Part shown: positions 21,601 to 33,485 of the stretch, piece after piece | Position numbering within the stretch: the first letter of the stretch is position 1 | How the letters are laid out: every line of letters starts with the position of its first letter | Source of the DNA: Psammoneis japonica | Taxonomy: Eukaryota | Length of the DNA: 64,000 bases | Assembly (NCBI GenBank): GCA_008632985.1 | Contig: QPGO01000221.1 | Location: forward strand, 1-64,000 | Reading direction: 5' to 3' | Notes under the pieces: generated by a model | What the model saw: the letters and a program-made list of their open reading frames with translations, nothing else | The model's database searches: none | What the model was told of the DNA's origin: nothing | Position numbers and translations under genes: made by a program

Positions 21601-24600
21601 TTGTGTGCACCACAACCCACCATTCCAAAAAAGGAGTGCTTCATGCAACCATGAGGGCAAGAGTGCTGAAAAAGACCTCACCACCAGACGCTTTGGCCAG
21701 TGCATGGTGTCTTGGCTTGGTTTTTCATTGGGCAATTCTTGCAACCTGGTGGCCAAGGAGGGCAACATTTCCCTGTTGCAAGAGTGGAGTGCACAATCAA
21801 TGTCCCTTGCCAAATGCCAACACCATGATCTGCTGCACTGGTGACTTGTTTAAAAGAGACTTGTGCTGCTCTCCATTTGGAGGAAAGCAAAAGGAGTGAA
21901 CATGTTTCAGAAATTTCCTCTTGTCATCTTGACTCTTGGGGCAGCAACACAAGGTGATGGGGGAGCAAGTGACCCGCGCAAAACTCTTCTTTTCTTTGTA
22001 AAAAATGCTGCTTTTTTTTTGTCTGGCCCCACAGCACAAAAGAAGCCAAACAGCTGACATGGCATGTCGAGTTTGCATTTGGGTGCCAAGGATTTGTGCA
22101 AGGAGGAGATGTCATTCTTTGAAGCATGTGCACCTGCAAAGGCCAGCTGTGCTGGCATCAGTTTGTGATTGACCTCTTGAGACAATGCCTGCATGTGGGC
22201 ACTTGCGCTGAATGTGCAAATGCCCCCCTCCATTGACTGCTCATTGGCTTGCCTTGTTTGCTTGTGGTGCACACTGTGCGCAAGTCTGCTGCGCCAGAAC
22301 AAGAGCAGGGGGTGCAGTGCTGGTCATGCTGGCAGAGTTTTGATGAGCCACAGAGTGGTGTGTGTCTGTCATCTGTGTGAAAAAATGAGATGGACTTGGC
22401 AAGAATCCTCTGCAAAAAAATGAGTGCCGGAGTGCTGACCAGTTGGCCACACACATTTGGCTTCATTGTCAATGTCTCTAACTGGCCACACCCTGCAGGG
22501 GAAGCCAGAAGCTGGTTGGCACCAGATGGGTGAGTGCACATGAGAAGAAATGCAGCACACCCAAATGCAGTGAGAGGGTCAAAATGTTGTGAGATGAAGT
22601 GACTGCAAAAACAATGAACACAAACCCAACTTGGCCAAGGAATGAAGCACACAAATGTTGTCCACAGTCACTTCAATCTTCTTGTCTCAACAGATCAGTG
22701 AGCGCTGCTTGGGTTGCTTGCCACAACATTGCTGGGCATTGTTGTGCTGCAGTTGGAGAGTGCAAAAGAGACAGAGTCTGTTTTGTTGATGGCGGCTCTG
22801 TTTTTTGGCCACAGTGATTGTTTTGCTTGCTGCACTCACTTGAAAGGCATTTTGAGAAGTGTTTCACAACACCACTCTGTTTGCTTTGGGTGTTCTGCAA
22901 GATTTTTGGGCATGTGTGTGTGGTGTGCATTTGAAGCATGGGAAACTTCAATGATGTGTGCAGGCCTCCTCAGGAACACACACAAACTCATGCTCCCTGT
23001 GGGCCACACAGATTGTGCGCCAGCAAAAGTCTGTCACCTGTCAAACTCATTCAGCGGTGACTCCACACAAGACTTCATCAGAGGCAGGTTTAATGAGCAG
23101 GGGATCAAATTGTTCCATTGGGTTTTGGTTCCTTAAATGAGGGGCCAAGTTCGTTTAAAATTTAACCAGCTTTCATCATTTTCACACCGCCCCTCATGTT
23201 TCCCGGAGGGCTTCCTTTCTGCATGTTCTCTGCATGGACTGCCCACACAAAATTCTTCTTCTCTTTTTAACTGATGCTCTTGTTTTGTGTGCAATGTGTC
23301 ACCTCTTTTTTTCCCATGGTGAAGCTGTCTTCCAATGATCACAAAAATTTCAACCTTCAGCCTTTGATTGTGTTGAAGTTCTGTTCAACCTGCAAGTTTG
23401 TTTGCTCTGAAATTTTTGTTTGCTCACTTGTGTCCTGCCCCGAAATTTTTGTTCAAATTTTTTTGTCATTTTGCCATGCAAACAACACATTCTCACCAGT
23501 GCCATCAGTCGCCGTTCCTCCCAATCTGGCTCCTCAAAGGCAAGGAGGGGCATCCACCACTCTCGTCCATCAAAGAAGCACTGCAACAGTGCAGCCCAGG
23601 ATTGGGAAGTAAAGTCACCAGATCAAGAACTGCGGGTCTTCATCCACTCAGATTTGTGCAATGCCACATTGCTTGGATGGCACCAGAGATGTCTCTGCCA
23701 TGCTGCCAGGGTTCATCCCATGGCCCCCTTCATTGTTGGGAGTGTGGCCGGATGTCCTGTTTTGTTCGGCAGCTCATCTGATGTTGCTGTCAGGGTTCAT
23801 CCCATGGCCCATGCCCCCCACTCCAATTGGGGGTGCAGCAATGTCAGTGGATGCTCCCTGCACTGACTTTGTCAGTTTGTGTCCCCAGCTCCCTCCTCAC
23901 TTTGCAAGCTGGAGAGTGTGCTGCCAAGGTTTGTCCCATGGCCCCTGCCTTTTGCAGGGGCGCAGCTTTTGGAGGCTGCCCCATTCTGGGTGTGGTCAAT
24001 TGTCATGACACCACCTCATGTGGCATTTGCAAAGGTGTCAATCTTGGTTTTGTTGACTCTGTTGACCAACACACAGGTTCTTCTCCTGCCACTTCCCCCC
24101 TGGTCTTTGGCAAATGTTCCACATGTTGAACCCGGCCCCCCCCTGACATTGCAGCAGCATCTTTGCCTCCTGTTGCTGCATCACCAGATGTGTTGTTGAC
24201 AAGCACTCCCTCAACTGATCCAAACTAACACAAATGAATGGAGTGGGCATGGCCTGTCACTTCCGGGCGATGTGGTGCCATCCCCTCCTGTCAACACTTG
24301 ACAGTCATCCACTGTCCCACGCTCTGTTCCCAGACAATGGAGAGGACTCAAGGACATCAGCATGGTCTGACTGAGTGGAGCCCAAACAATCCCATTGGAA
24401 GAGAGTTTTCACACTTTGCAAGCTTGGGCAGGCCAGCTGCGCTCATTGGACACACATCACTTGCGCTCACTTTGTGCTGCACAATCTAGACAGGGGTCAG
24501 GCATCTGTTTGTGCCAATGGGAAGCACTGTCATCACATGATGGCACACACTCAGACATGCACCGGGCCATTGCACAGCTCCATTGCAAGGGCACCATCCA

Positions 24601-25899
24601 ATTTGAAGTCTGTCCTCCAAACCAGAACCACCACAACAACTGCTTTCACATTGTCAATGAGGGCCACGCCATCCTTGATCCAATGGATTTCAAGGCCCTC
24701 TCCAAGAAAGCTGGCAAAACTCCTGCTGCCAGCTCTTCCTCCTCTTGCACTGTTTGCCAAATGCTTGGCATGTTCATGGACTGTGGCTCTGCACATCCAG
24801 TCAATGCACGGGAAGGAAGAATTTGCACAACAACGTGCCGATCGGTCATGTCTGGCCTGTCAATGAGATCCTGTCATGACATCTGGGTTTGTTGCTGTTT
24901 CCAAACACATCAAGCAAGTTGGCAATGTCCCTTGGTTTGCCCCCCCAGACAAGCTCTGTTTAACCACAATGACCCGTTGGACATCAACGCAAAGAAAGGC
25001 AACAAAATTGCTTGTGGTTGTTGTGTTCCTTCCCTGCGTTTGGCCAACACAAAACTCAGTGGGCTTTTGGATTGCCGCTTCAACAGCCACAACAGCCTTC
25101 AGACAACCAAAGCACCTGTTGTGTCTCTCTCTGAGGCAGCCTTCAGCAGCGCAGGTGAGCTGCAACAAACAGCTGCGACAGGATGCATGTGCAGCGAACA
25201 TGACCAACAGGTGGCATCCAGCCAAAGCCATTCACTCACCACACATTGACAAGGTCTGGTCCATTTTCAACTCATTGCCAGAGCCACGCAAATCTGTTGG
25301 CTTGGACCACACAAGAAGTGGTTCATTGACTGATGATTGCATCCCCGGCTTTGATGTTCTAAAGATGAAGTGCAACCTTGATCCATTTGGCCATTTGCTC
25401 TCATCAATCAATGTTGTTCTTGATGAGTTGGTTCAGATGCACTCGCTGTCCTTCCTTGCCACCATTTCCCTTTTTTGCGCACTTGGGGAGCTGCAGTTTC
25501 ACAGCCACACCATTTTGTGGCTGCCTGCACTGCATTGCACAAACCACATGTGTCACACATGCATTCCTGCATTTAGATGAATCTGACCAATGAGACGTGA
25601 ACAGAGATGGCGCATGTGGGAATGTGTGGCAACAGGCACATGCAGGGCAGGCATGTCAGCAGGCCGTCGTGGGGCCCAGCACTGGATGATTTGCAGCACA
25701 GTGTGTGAACAATGTCACTTTTAACAAACCAGTCAAAATGTGTGCTCCACAATGCCAAGCCTGAGGGAAGCAACAGCACTGCTCCAAAGCCCACAGCAAA
25801 ATGAGGTGAGAGATGTCAGAGCAATGCAAGTGGCAATTGTGGAGGACTTGCCAAGAACAGGGACAGGATGGGTTGGCCACAACACAGGATGATGCAAAT

Positions 25900-26930
25900 G
25901 GGAGAAGGTGGATCAGTTGTGACAGGTGGGGCTCTGGCCTTGTCCAGCACGGAAGATGACATGACCAGCAAGAAAAGAAGGAAGAAGTGATGCAACAAAC
26001 AAATTGACGACAGGGACAAGCTTGTTTTGGAGAACTGCTGCAAGAATGTGTTGTTCCAACAGCACAAATTCCTGAACAAAAAGGCCACAAAAAATTGCAG
26101 TGGCCGAGCATTTGACACTGTGCTCTCTGAGATCAACGTGCCCCAAGAAACAAGAGCTTGGTTCTGGAAATTGTCAAAGGACAAGGTGTGAAGGCAGATG
26201 ACAAGAAAGAGGAACAATGCATGTTGGGAACTGAAGAAAGAGTTCTTCTGCAAGTGCTGCATCAAAACTGATTGCAGAGGTTGTCGGACAATGGAGAACA
26301 ATGCCCACACATCATTGCTTTGTGTTGTGTGAGTGAGAAGGGTGCATTGACATGACAAGAGAAACGCGTGAGCAAATGCAAGTGCAGAGATGCCATTGCT
26401 GGATGACATGCTAAAGGGGAGAGATGACATGGATGCCCACAGCTGCTTCACCCTGCACTTCCTGCCAACAGTGGTGGGAAAGACAATGTGGAAGCACTGG
26501 CTCAAATCAAAACATTGCTTGAACAGGTGTTGGCATCTGTGAGCAACAAGGCATTCAGCCTGCTGGTGTTGGAGAACAATTGGTGCAAGTGGACGCACAT
26601 GCATGGCAAAACAAAGGAGGAGTTGAAGGTGGAAAAGAAGCAGCAAGAAGCAGGGCAATCAAATGAATCAAGCACAAAAGGGTCAACAGGGTCAGAGCAA
26701 GAAGGGACTGGACAGATGCAAAAAATTGGGAAGCGCGATTGGCCAAAAAAGATTGAGCAAAGACACAGACAAGTGCGACAAGGTTTGGCAGAGACAGTTC
26801 TGGGAGCAAGTGGATGGGACAGAAGAGACCCAAGATGACAACAGCAAACAGTTGGAAGCAGGAGATGAAGAAGAGGAGAACACCAAAGACACAGATTTGT
26901 GGGTGGCAGACACACCACAACAGGCAGCAG
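25900..26930 (+). pseudogene. Decayed unknown protein, probably a DNA-transposon accessory ORF
   Basis: Protein-like remnants across frames: VLFQQHKFL, WFWKLSKDKV.RQMTRKRNN, FLPTVVGKTMW, SVSNKAFSLLVLENNW, and an acidic tail. Family not established. Confidence 0.35.
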
Positions 26931-27354
26931 TTTAAATGTTCAGCAATGAATTGGAAAATTGAAAACAAATGGAATCAATGGAATGGGTGCATTGAAAATG
27001 AAGAGCAGGGAACACTGATGTGTTGGGAGAGAGCAAACAAAAAATTGAAGCAGTGGCGGGGTTGTCTGTGGTTGACCCACATTGTCAATGAAGGCACCAA
27101 ATTGAAAACTGAGCATGTGGGTGTTGCTTCGTTCATTGCGATGCAGCCAAGCCCCAAACAAAAAGCAAAGGTGGCCCAAATTGTTTGGTTGCCCCCCGGG
27201 TAAATTGTTCCCCACTCTGGTGTTTCTGCTGACACCACACACACACACACATGTGCCTGCAAATGCATGCAAAGATTGTTGCAAAGACAGGCAGCAGTCA
27301 TCTGCACATTTTCTTCCCACAGCCAAAAACAGAAATGCTCATTTTGCTCAGCAA

Positions 27355-27640
27355 CCCAGCAACCAGCAACCAACCACAATGGCCAATGGCATGTTTGCAC
27401 TCTTTTCCACTTTTTGTTTGTAATGTGCACCAGCTGTGGTGGAGAAAACAACAAAAAAGATGTGAGAAAGAGTCAAAATTGAATGTTCTCAACACAAACT
27501 CTCAATTTTCAATTTTTTTCAGCAGTCAGCAAACAACAACAATGGCCAGTGGTGTGTCTGCAATCTTTTCCACTTTTTCTTTCTGCTGTGCAATGGCTGT
27601 GTTGGAGAAACAACAAGAAAAGCAAAGTGGAGCCCAAAAA
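27355..27640 (+). repeat. Two-copy direct repeat of about 170 bp period
   Basis: 'acaatggccaatggcatgtttgcactcttttccactttttg' versus 'acaatggccagtggtgtgtctgcaatcttttccactttttc'. Confidence 0.7.
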
Positions 27641-29499
27641 CAGAAAACATTGTTGCACACAGGTGGTGTGCCACAATGCTGGCCATTGAGGAAGGAAGAG
27701 TGGTGTTGTGTGCTTTTTCAGCTCTCAACAGACAGACATCAATGAAAGCACCATCTGGCAGTGCCAGAGAAGATCTCAAGTGCAGCAACTTTCCTTGCAA
27801 TTGGACAAGAGATGGGCCTTGAGGAGGCACATGTGCTGGGAGCAGCCCCGCCATGGGAAATGAGACAGCCCCAGACCCAAACAAGAGAAAAAAAAACAAA
27901 AATTTTCATGTGATCCCAGTGCCCACAACACACACACAACATCTTCTGTGTTTTTGGCGCCAGACCCCATGCAGGAAAAAACAGACAGGTGGCGGGGGTG
28001 CAGAGATCTTTGACTGGCCAGACTCTGGTGGCAACCAATGATGCTGGACCTTTCCTTTGCTGTTGCTTCCACTTGCCTGCATGGACACCATGGTGCCCCA
28101 ACAAAGAGTGAAGGATTGCACCCTTGGCTGGCACTTTGTTGCCCACAAAAGCAAGCTGAGGGCTGGGGTTTGGCATGTGGTGCCAGCTGCAGAGCTGAGG
28201 TCCTCAGCCACTGGGGCCAAGTGGTGCCAACGCTGACGCCATTGATGTCGGCAACTTTTTCTGTGCTCCAGCATGCCGGCTGCACCAAGTCACTGACTGC
28301 TTTTTTGTTGTTGTCTCCTCTGCTCAGATGTGGTGGCAAATGGTGTTGTGGCAGCCTTGGCAGATTTGAGCAGTGGCAGTGGTGGTGGCCATGTTGCTGG
28401 TGGTCGAGGTGACGCTGTCAGCAGCAATGGGAAGAGGTGACACTGGAAGTGGCGATGTTGTCGGCAGAAGCAAAGATGAGATTTGAGGGCATGAGAACAA
28501 GAAGAGCACGTGCAACAAGAACTTCTCTCATGTTGTTGACTTCTTCAAGATGTGAGATGAATGACTTCACAAGCCAACTGATCAGGATTGTGTTTGATCC
28601 ACCTGGTTTTGTCTGACCACAAAACATCAGAACATGGCCACACTGTCAACACAGGAGCCCAACACTCTCCAGGTCTGTCACCCTGCAATTTTCAGGTTGC
28701 TCTACAAAGTTGGCCTCTGCATCACATCTCTCTCCTTTTTTCCCTCTGTCATTGTGGTTCTCAGATCTCACATCCATCTTGCATTCATTCATGAACAGAC
28801 TGTGTTCTGACACTGTTGCAACAGCTCCACATGAATCACTTTTGTGCAACACTGTGTTCTGAACATGCTTTGTCTTTGCAAGTGTCCAAGTGAGGACATT
28901 CTCCTCACAACCATCTCAACCAAAATCAGTGCACAAGCTCTGACACAAATTCACACGCATCTTCAAACACATCCCTGTGATCCAGGATTCTGTGAATGTT
29001 TGATTCCTGGTGCAACTGGTGGATCATCAGCAATTCTGGGGTGTCCTGTGAGAAAAATTGTGACCACAACTTTTTGAGATTTAAAATCTCTTAGGACAGA
29101 CCCTTGTTTTCCCTTCAATTTCTTTCTGTTTGTCAAAATTTTGACCTGCTCTGTTTGCTCTTGGTCTTGCAGAGCCTTGCAAACCTGACTCTGATCATGC
29201 AAAGCAATCTTCCCTGAACCTCTCCAGTTTTCTGGCATGATTTCCATTGCATTCCACACCAAATTTTTCATCTGAAAACTTCATTTCTCTCCAACAAAAC
29301 TTTGGTTTTGCCTTTTTGGCACCTGCCTTCCAAGTGTTCTCTCTGTCTCCCAACCCACCATGGCCGCTGACATCCTTGCTGCTGTTGAGCGTGGCAAAGC
29401 TTCTCCTGTCAAGCATTGTTGTCCCCACTTGAGAGTGCAGACTGATTTTGCTCTCAACTGGTCTGAGCTGGTCCTTTCTTGCTGTGATTCCAGCGGTGC

Positions 29500-32400
29500 T
29501 CTTGCTGACCATGTCTGTGGTCAGATCAACCAGCCCTGATGTTCTGCTGAGGCTGCATCATCCCGTTGCAATGCTCATTTCTTTCATCAATGATGCAAAC
29601 CCAGTCAAGTTCTTGTTGATCTTTTCCAACTCTGTTGGGGAAGTTGTCCCCATGTTGGGCACTCACCAACATTTCTGAGGACACTTCATGACTCTTGTGT
29701 GCATCACGCAGATGTTGTTGCACTCAACTTGCCTCAAGCCAAGATTCCTCCAGATGACATCAAAGGTCTGCTTCTTGCAGATGGCAGCCAAGATCCGGCG
29801 TCTCTTGAACACCTTTGCTTTGGCAACCCTGCCACTCAGAATGACCAACCAGCCATTGCTGCTCTTCTGATGGCATTCCTTGTCCCTCCAGGCTGCTCCC
29901 ACTTTGTGGAATTTGTTCCTGGTGGAAACTGTCCTGTGATGATGGCCAACTTTCCTGCACTTGACCTGTGGCAGAAAGGCATTGCTTGCATCCAGCAGCA
30001 CAATGCAGTGAAGGTGGAGCTCTTTTTGATCAAGCCACAGATGGTCTCCAAGCTCAACGTTTGCAACTTTTGTGACAATGATTTTCAGGTGGTTGCACCT
30101 TTCTTGGGCAACTGCCATCATGTTCAACAAACTGCCATCAAAAATGCTTGGGAAAGGATTGTTTGCTGTGAGCACAGGTCACATTCCATTTTAAAATGTC
30201 AGCCTGAAACATGTGCTGGACACCAGCCCTGGGTGTTTGTTGCTGCCATTTGTCAAGATTTGATGGTTTGGTCAGTTTGCCCAAGGAAGGATGTTGGACA
30301 CATGGCAAACATTCTCTCATTCCAAGTGAGCGGAAGCCAACCAACTCAACCACATGATCTCTTGCTTTGGAAGCAATTGACCAAGTCTCGCAAAACACAC
30401 TCTCAATTGATGCATCCAGGAGGGTGGCAGAGGAAATGACTCAACGCACAGACCTTGGAATGCACATGCATCCCATGAGTTCTTGAGACAATTGCAACTT
30501 CAAGGATGGCAAGGGCAGCTCAGCTGAACATCAGACTGCAAGGTTGGTGCAGGCACCTCCAGTTGGCAAGCAGCCCTGCAATCAAGACCATCCACTTGCT
30601 TGCAATGGCACTGACTGGAGAACTCAAATGAAGCAGAGCACACATGATGTGACAAAGCACCACCAGTTTTCTTGCCAAGCAAGAGCTGCACACACAGCAT
30701 TGGAGAAGTGGTGCCATCCAATTTTGCTGCTGTTCTTCACAACCTTGACACAATGCCTTGGGGCACAGATGAGTGCAACAGCATGTGCTCTCCACCGCAT
30801 TCCTTTGAGACATCAAAAGCCTTTGTTCTTGTCAGGAGGATGATCACAAAGATCACATTGTCAACACTGCTGTTGAAGTTGATGCTGCATGGAGCAAGAA
30901 CTGTCTTTGTCCTTGTCCCATTTAGAACATGACATTTGGCTTGAGGGGAACTGTGCACAATGTTGCTGGTGCATTGACTTGCCAAGCTGACACCCAAATG
31001 GAAGTGTTTGAGAAAGCACTTGCAGCAGGCAGCCCCAATGTCAGAAGAGTCTGTGTTCGTTTTGGCAGATGGAGCCATGGCAGAGATGATGGACAGGATG
31101 TTGGATGAAGATTCAATGAAACACGTGTGCCATTGCAGAAAATTGGTTGTTGTTGGAGCCCCCCTCATTGGAAGAACGACAACTTCAACAAAGCAATTCT
31201 TTCAAGTGAAGATTGTGTCTCATTCACTGGGGATCAATTCACAGGAAAAGATGGAGAGAGCGCAACTGAGAAGAGTCTGTCATTTCTTCTTGACTTTTTC
31301 AACCCTGCCATCCCGGAAATGTGTGTTGAAGCTGCTGCAGCAGCAGCTCCTGCTGCAGTGCACCCCTGGTTCATGACAGCTGCCTTTAGAGAGGAAGTGT
31401 TGGCAGCAAATGCTTGCAACTGGATGATTGAGCAAGCAAAAAAGCTCTCAAACAATGAATGAAATGCAGGTGCATTTTTTTGATTGCCTTCTTGTTGCAA
31501 GACATTTCAAGCATTCATTCAGAAACAACCTCTTGGATTGCTGCTTGAGTGCCCTTTGATTGAGTGTGCCATCACAGGCAGTGCAGCATGGAACTCTCTG
31601 CACAAGGATGTTGGGAGATCTCTTGAGAGATGCAACCATTTGTTGGTCTGACATGGAGAAAGCAGTTGTGAAGGAGAATCTTTTTGCAGTCAAGAGTGAG
31701 AAAGAAGAGCATGCAAAGCGAGACATGGCACAAAAGAAACATGTTTGGGGCACTCGGGAGAAAACAAGCAATGAATTGAAATGGGAGATCAACCCAAAAC
31801 AGAGGAGGCCACACAAGCTGGCATCTGGCAGGCAAATGAGAGACACACAAAGCACGCCACTGAGCACATCTTAGTCTCACAGAAGACATGCCATTTGAAG
31901 CAACAAATCTTTGTTGGATTGTCTTCTGATCAACAGGAAGCTTTTTTCATGCCAGGTCCATCAAGCAATGAACAAAATGACACGATCCTCACATCAACAA
32001 GAAATGGCAAGCCAAGGGATTTAAGACAACTTGATTCCCAAAAGATTGGACTGGGAAGATGGACCAAACATGTCATTGGATTCCATGTCCAGAGTCAACA
32101 TGAAGTTCTTTGGAAGGAAAAGGATGTTGGCATGGATGGGATTTTGTGTCAACCAGCCAAAATGTTGCTGACAAGATTGAGCAGCACTGGATCAGGAGGA
32201 CATCTACTGACATTGAAGAATTGAAGAAGAATGGGGCCAAAGAGGAGATCCTTGAAGAGTTCTTGATTGTCAAGCCTCATCTAAATCGAGGTCAAAAGCA
32301 AAAAGCTCAAGCAATCAAAGACTTGACACCAACAAAGCTGAAAAGGATAAACCAAAGCTGGTTGGTTAACAATTTAGTTCAGTTCAGGAAGCCCCTATTT

Positions 32401-32600
32401 CGTCGGCAGCCCGAAGTTCTTACGACTCTGAATGACAGTGTAAGGGAAGAAGCAGGGGATTCAAGCACGTCGAGTCACGTGAGAGGCGTGAGGCGACACT
32501 GGGTGACGAGTGTTATGTGCAGCAAGAGTGCCCTGCTCGCACGGATCCTTTCTGTCTATCTTCAAGTAAAGAAGTTGCTGTAGCTAAGACCATCTACAGC
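29500..32600 (+). mobile_element. Possible decayed transposase (MULE-like, tentative)
   Basis: Only weak hints: VFVLADGA, AWNSL, TCHWIPCPE (SWIM-like). Too mutated to be sure. Confidence 0.2.
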
Positions 32601-33485
32601 AGTTTTATTGTACTGTCCATATCAGAAATTGGACCCAAGAGTTTGACGCAGCTCTGTCTCGATGCAAGAGCAGAAGATGGCGGGCATCATGTTAGTCATT
32701 CCATCAACAGCTGACTGACTCGTGAGACAGCAGTGCCAGTGGTACGACGAGTGCTAGTAGCAATTTGAGGTGGTCCTTTGAGACCGTTTTGTTGATATCT
32801 TCAAAGATCATATTCCAAGTCGATGATGCACGGACTCATGGCAAGTGTGTTGGCTCGTCTCTACCGAGTCCTTGACCTTTTCACGACCACGAATCCTCGC
32901 CCTGTTCTCCGAGTAAGTCTCCTTGTCATTCTCGTCCGTATACCAGAGGGACGTGTGCTCGTCCGTTGTCATGCGTTCAACGGTTTCATCATTGACGGGA
33001 GATCCCCACGATTGAGGCCAATGTCGATTCTCTTGGGGTGCTCTAGAATGGCTTCATCCTGTGGAGTAACTCCAGTTTTGCGGGGACTTCCTACTTGCCG
33101 TTCCAAAACAAGGGATAGATTGTATTTAACGGGGGTCTGTCGCAACAATTCCATGGTGTCAACAGCGCATCTCTCAAGCTTCGCTACTGCTCTGCAAACG
33201 GGTTTCGCCATTGCATGATGCGCCTTACAAGGGGATCATCCAACGTGCGATGACGCTTTCCAGAAAGCTTCTTGCCACTTTTACTGTTCTTTGCATACTC
33301 GACCGTCTTTATCAATGCTAGCTAGAGATATCAAAGGATTTTCGTAAAATAAAGAGCTATTATTGCGCGTGACAGTATGATAGATCCGCTCGTCATCTAC
33401 CGTACGATATTCTTCGCCTTCCCCACAGTGAGATAAGACTTTCTACCGTTTCGTCTCTCGCCCCCCCAGGGCAACAAAAAGAAGA

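Larger units (their letters stand above)
20980..32280. other. TpA- and CpG-depleted, TG/CA-saturated domain of decayed repeat or TE sequence
   Basis: By eye only a few dozen TA remain over about 11 kb, nearly all TTAA/CTAA/TTAG/CTAG. CG is also rare. Confidence 0.9.

Noticed and set aside
20980..32280. Dozens of long overlapping Cys/His-rich ORFs as real genes
   Set aside because: They are open in many frames and Tyr-free because TAA/TAG and TAY codons were erased by TA loss.
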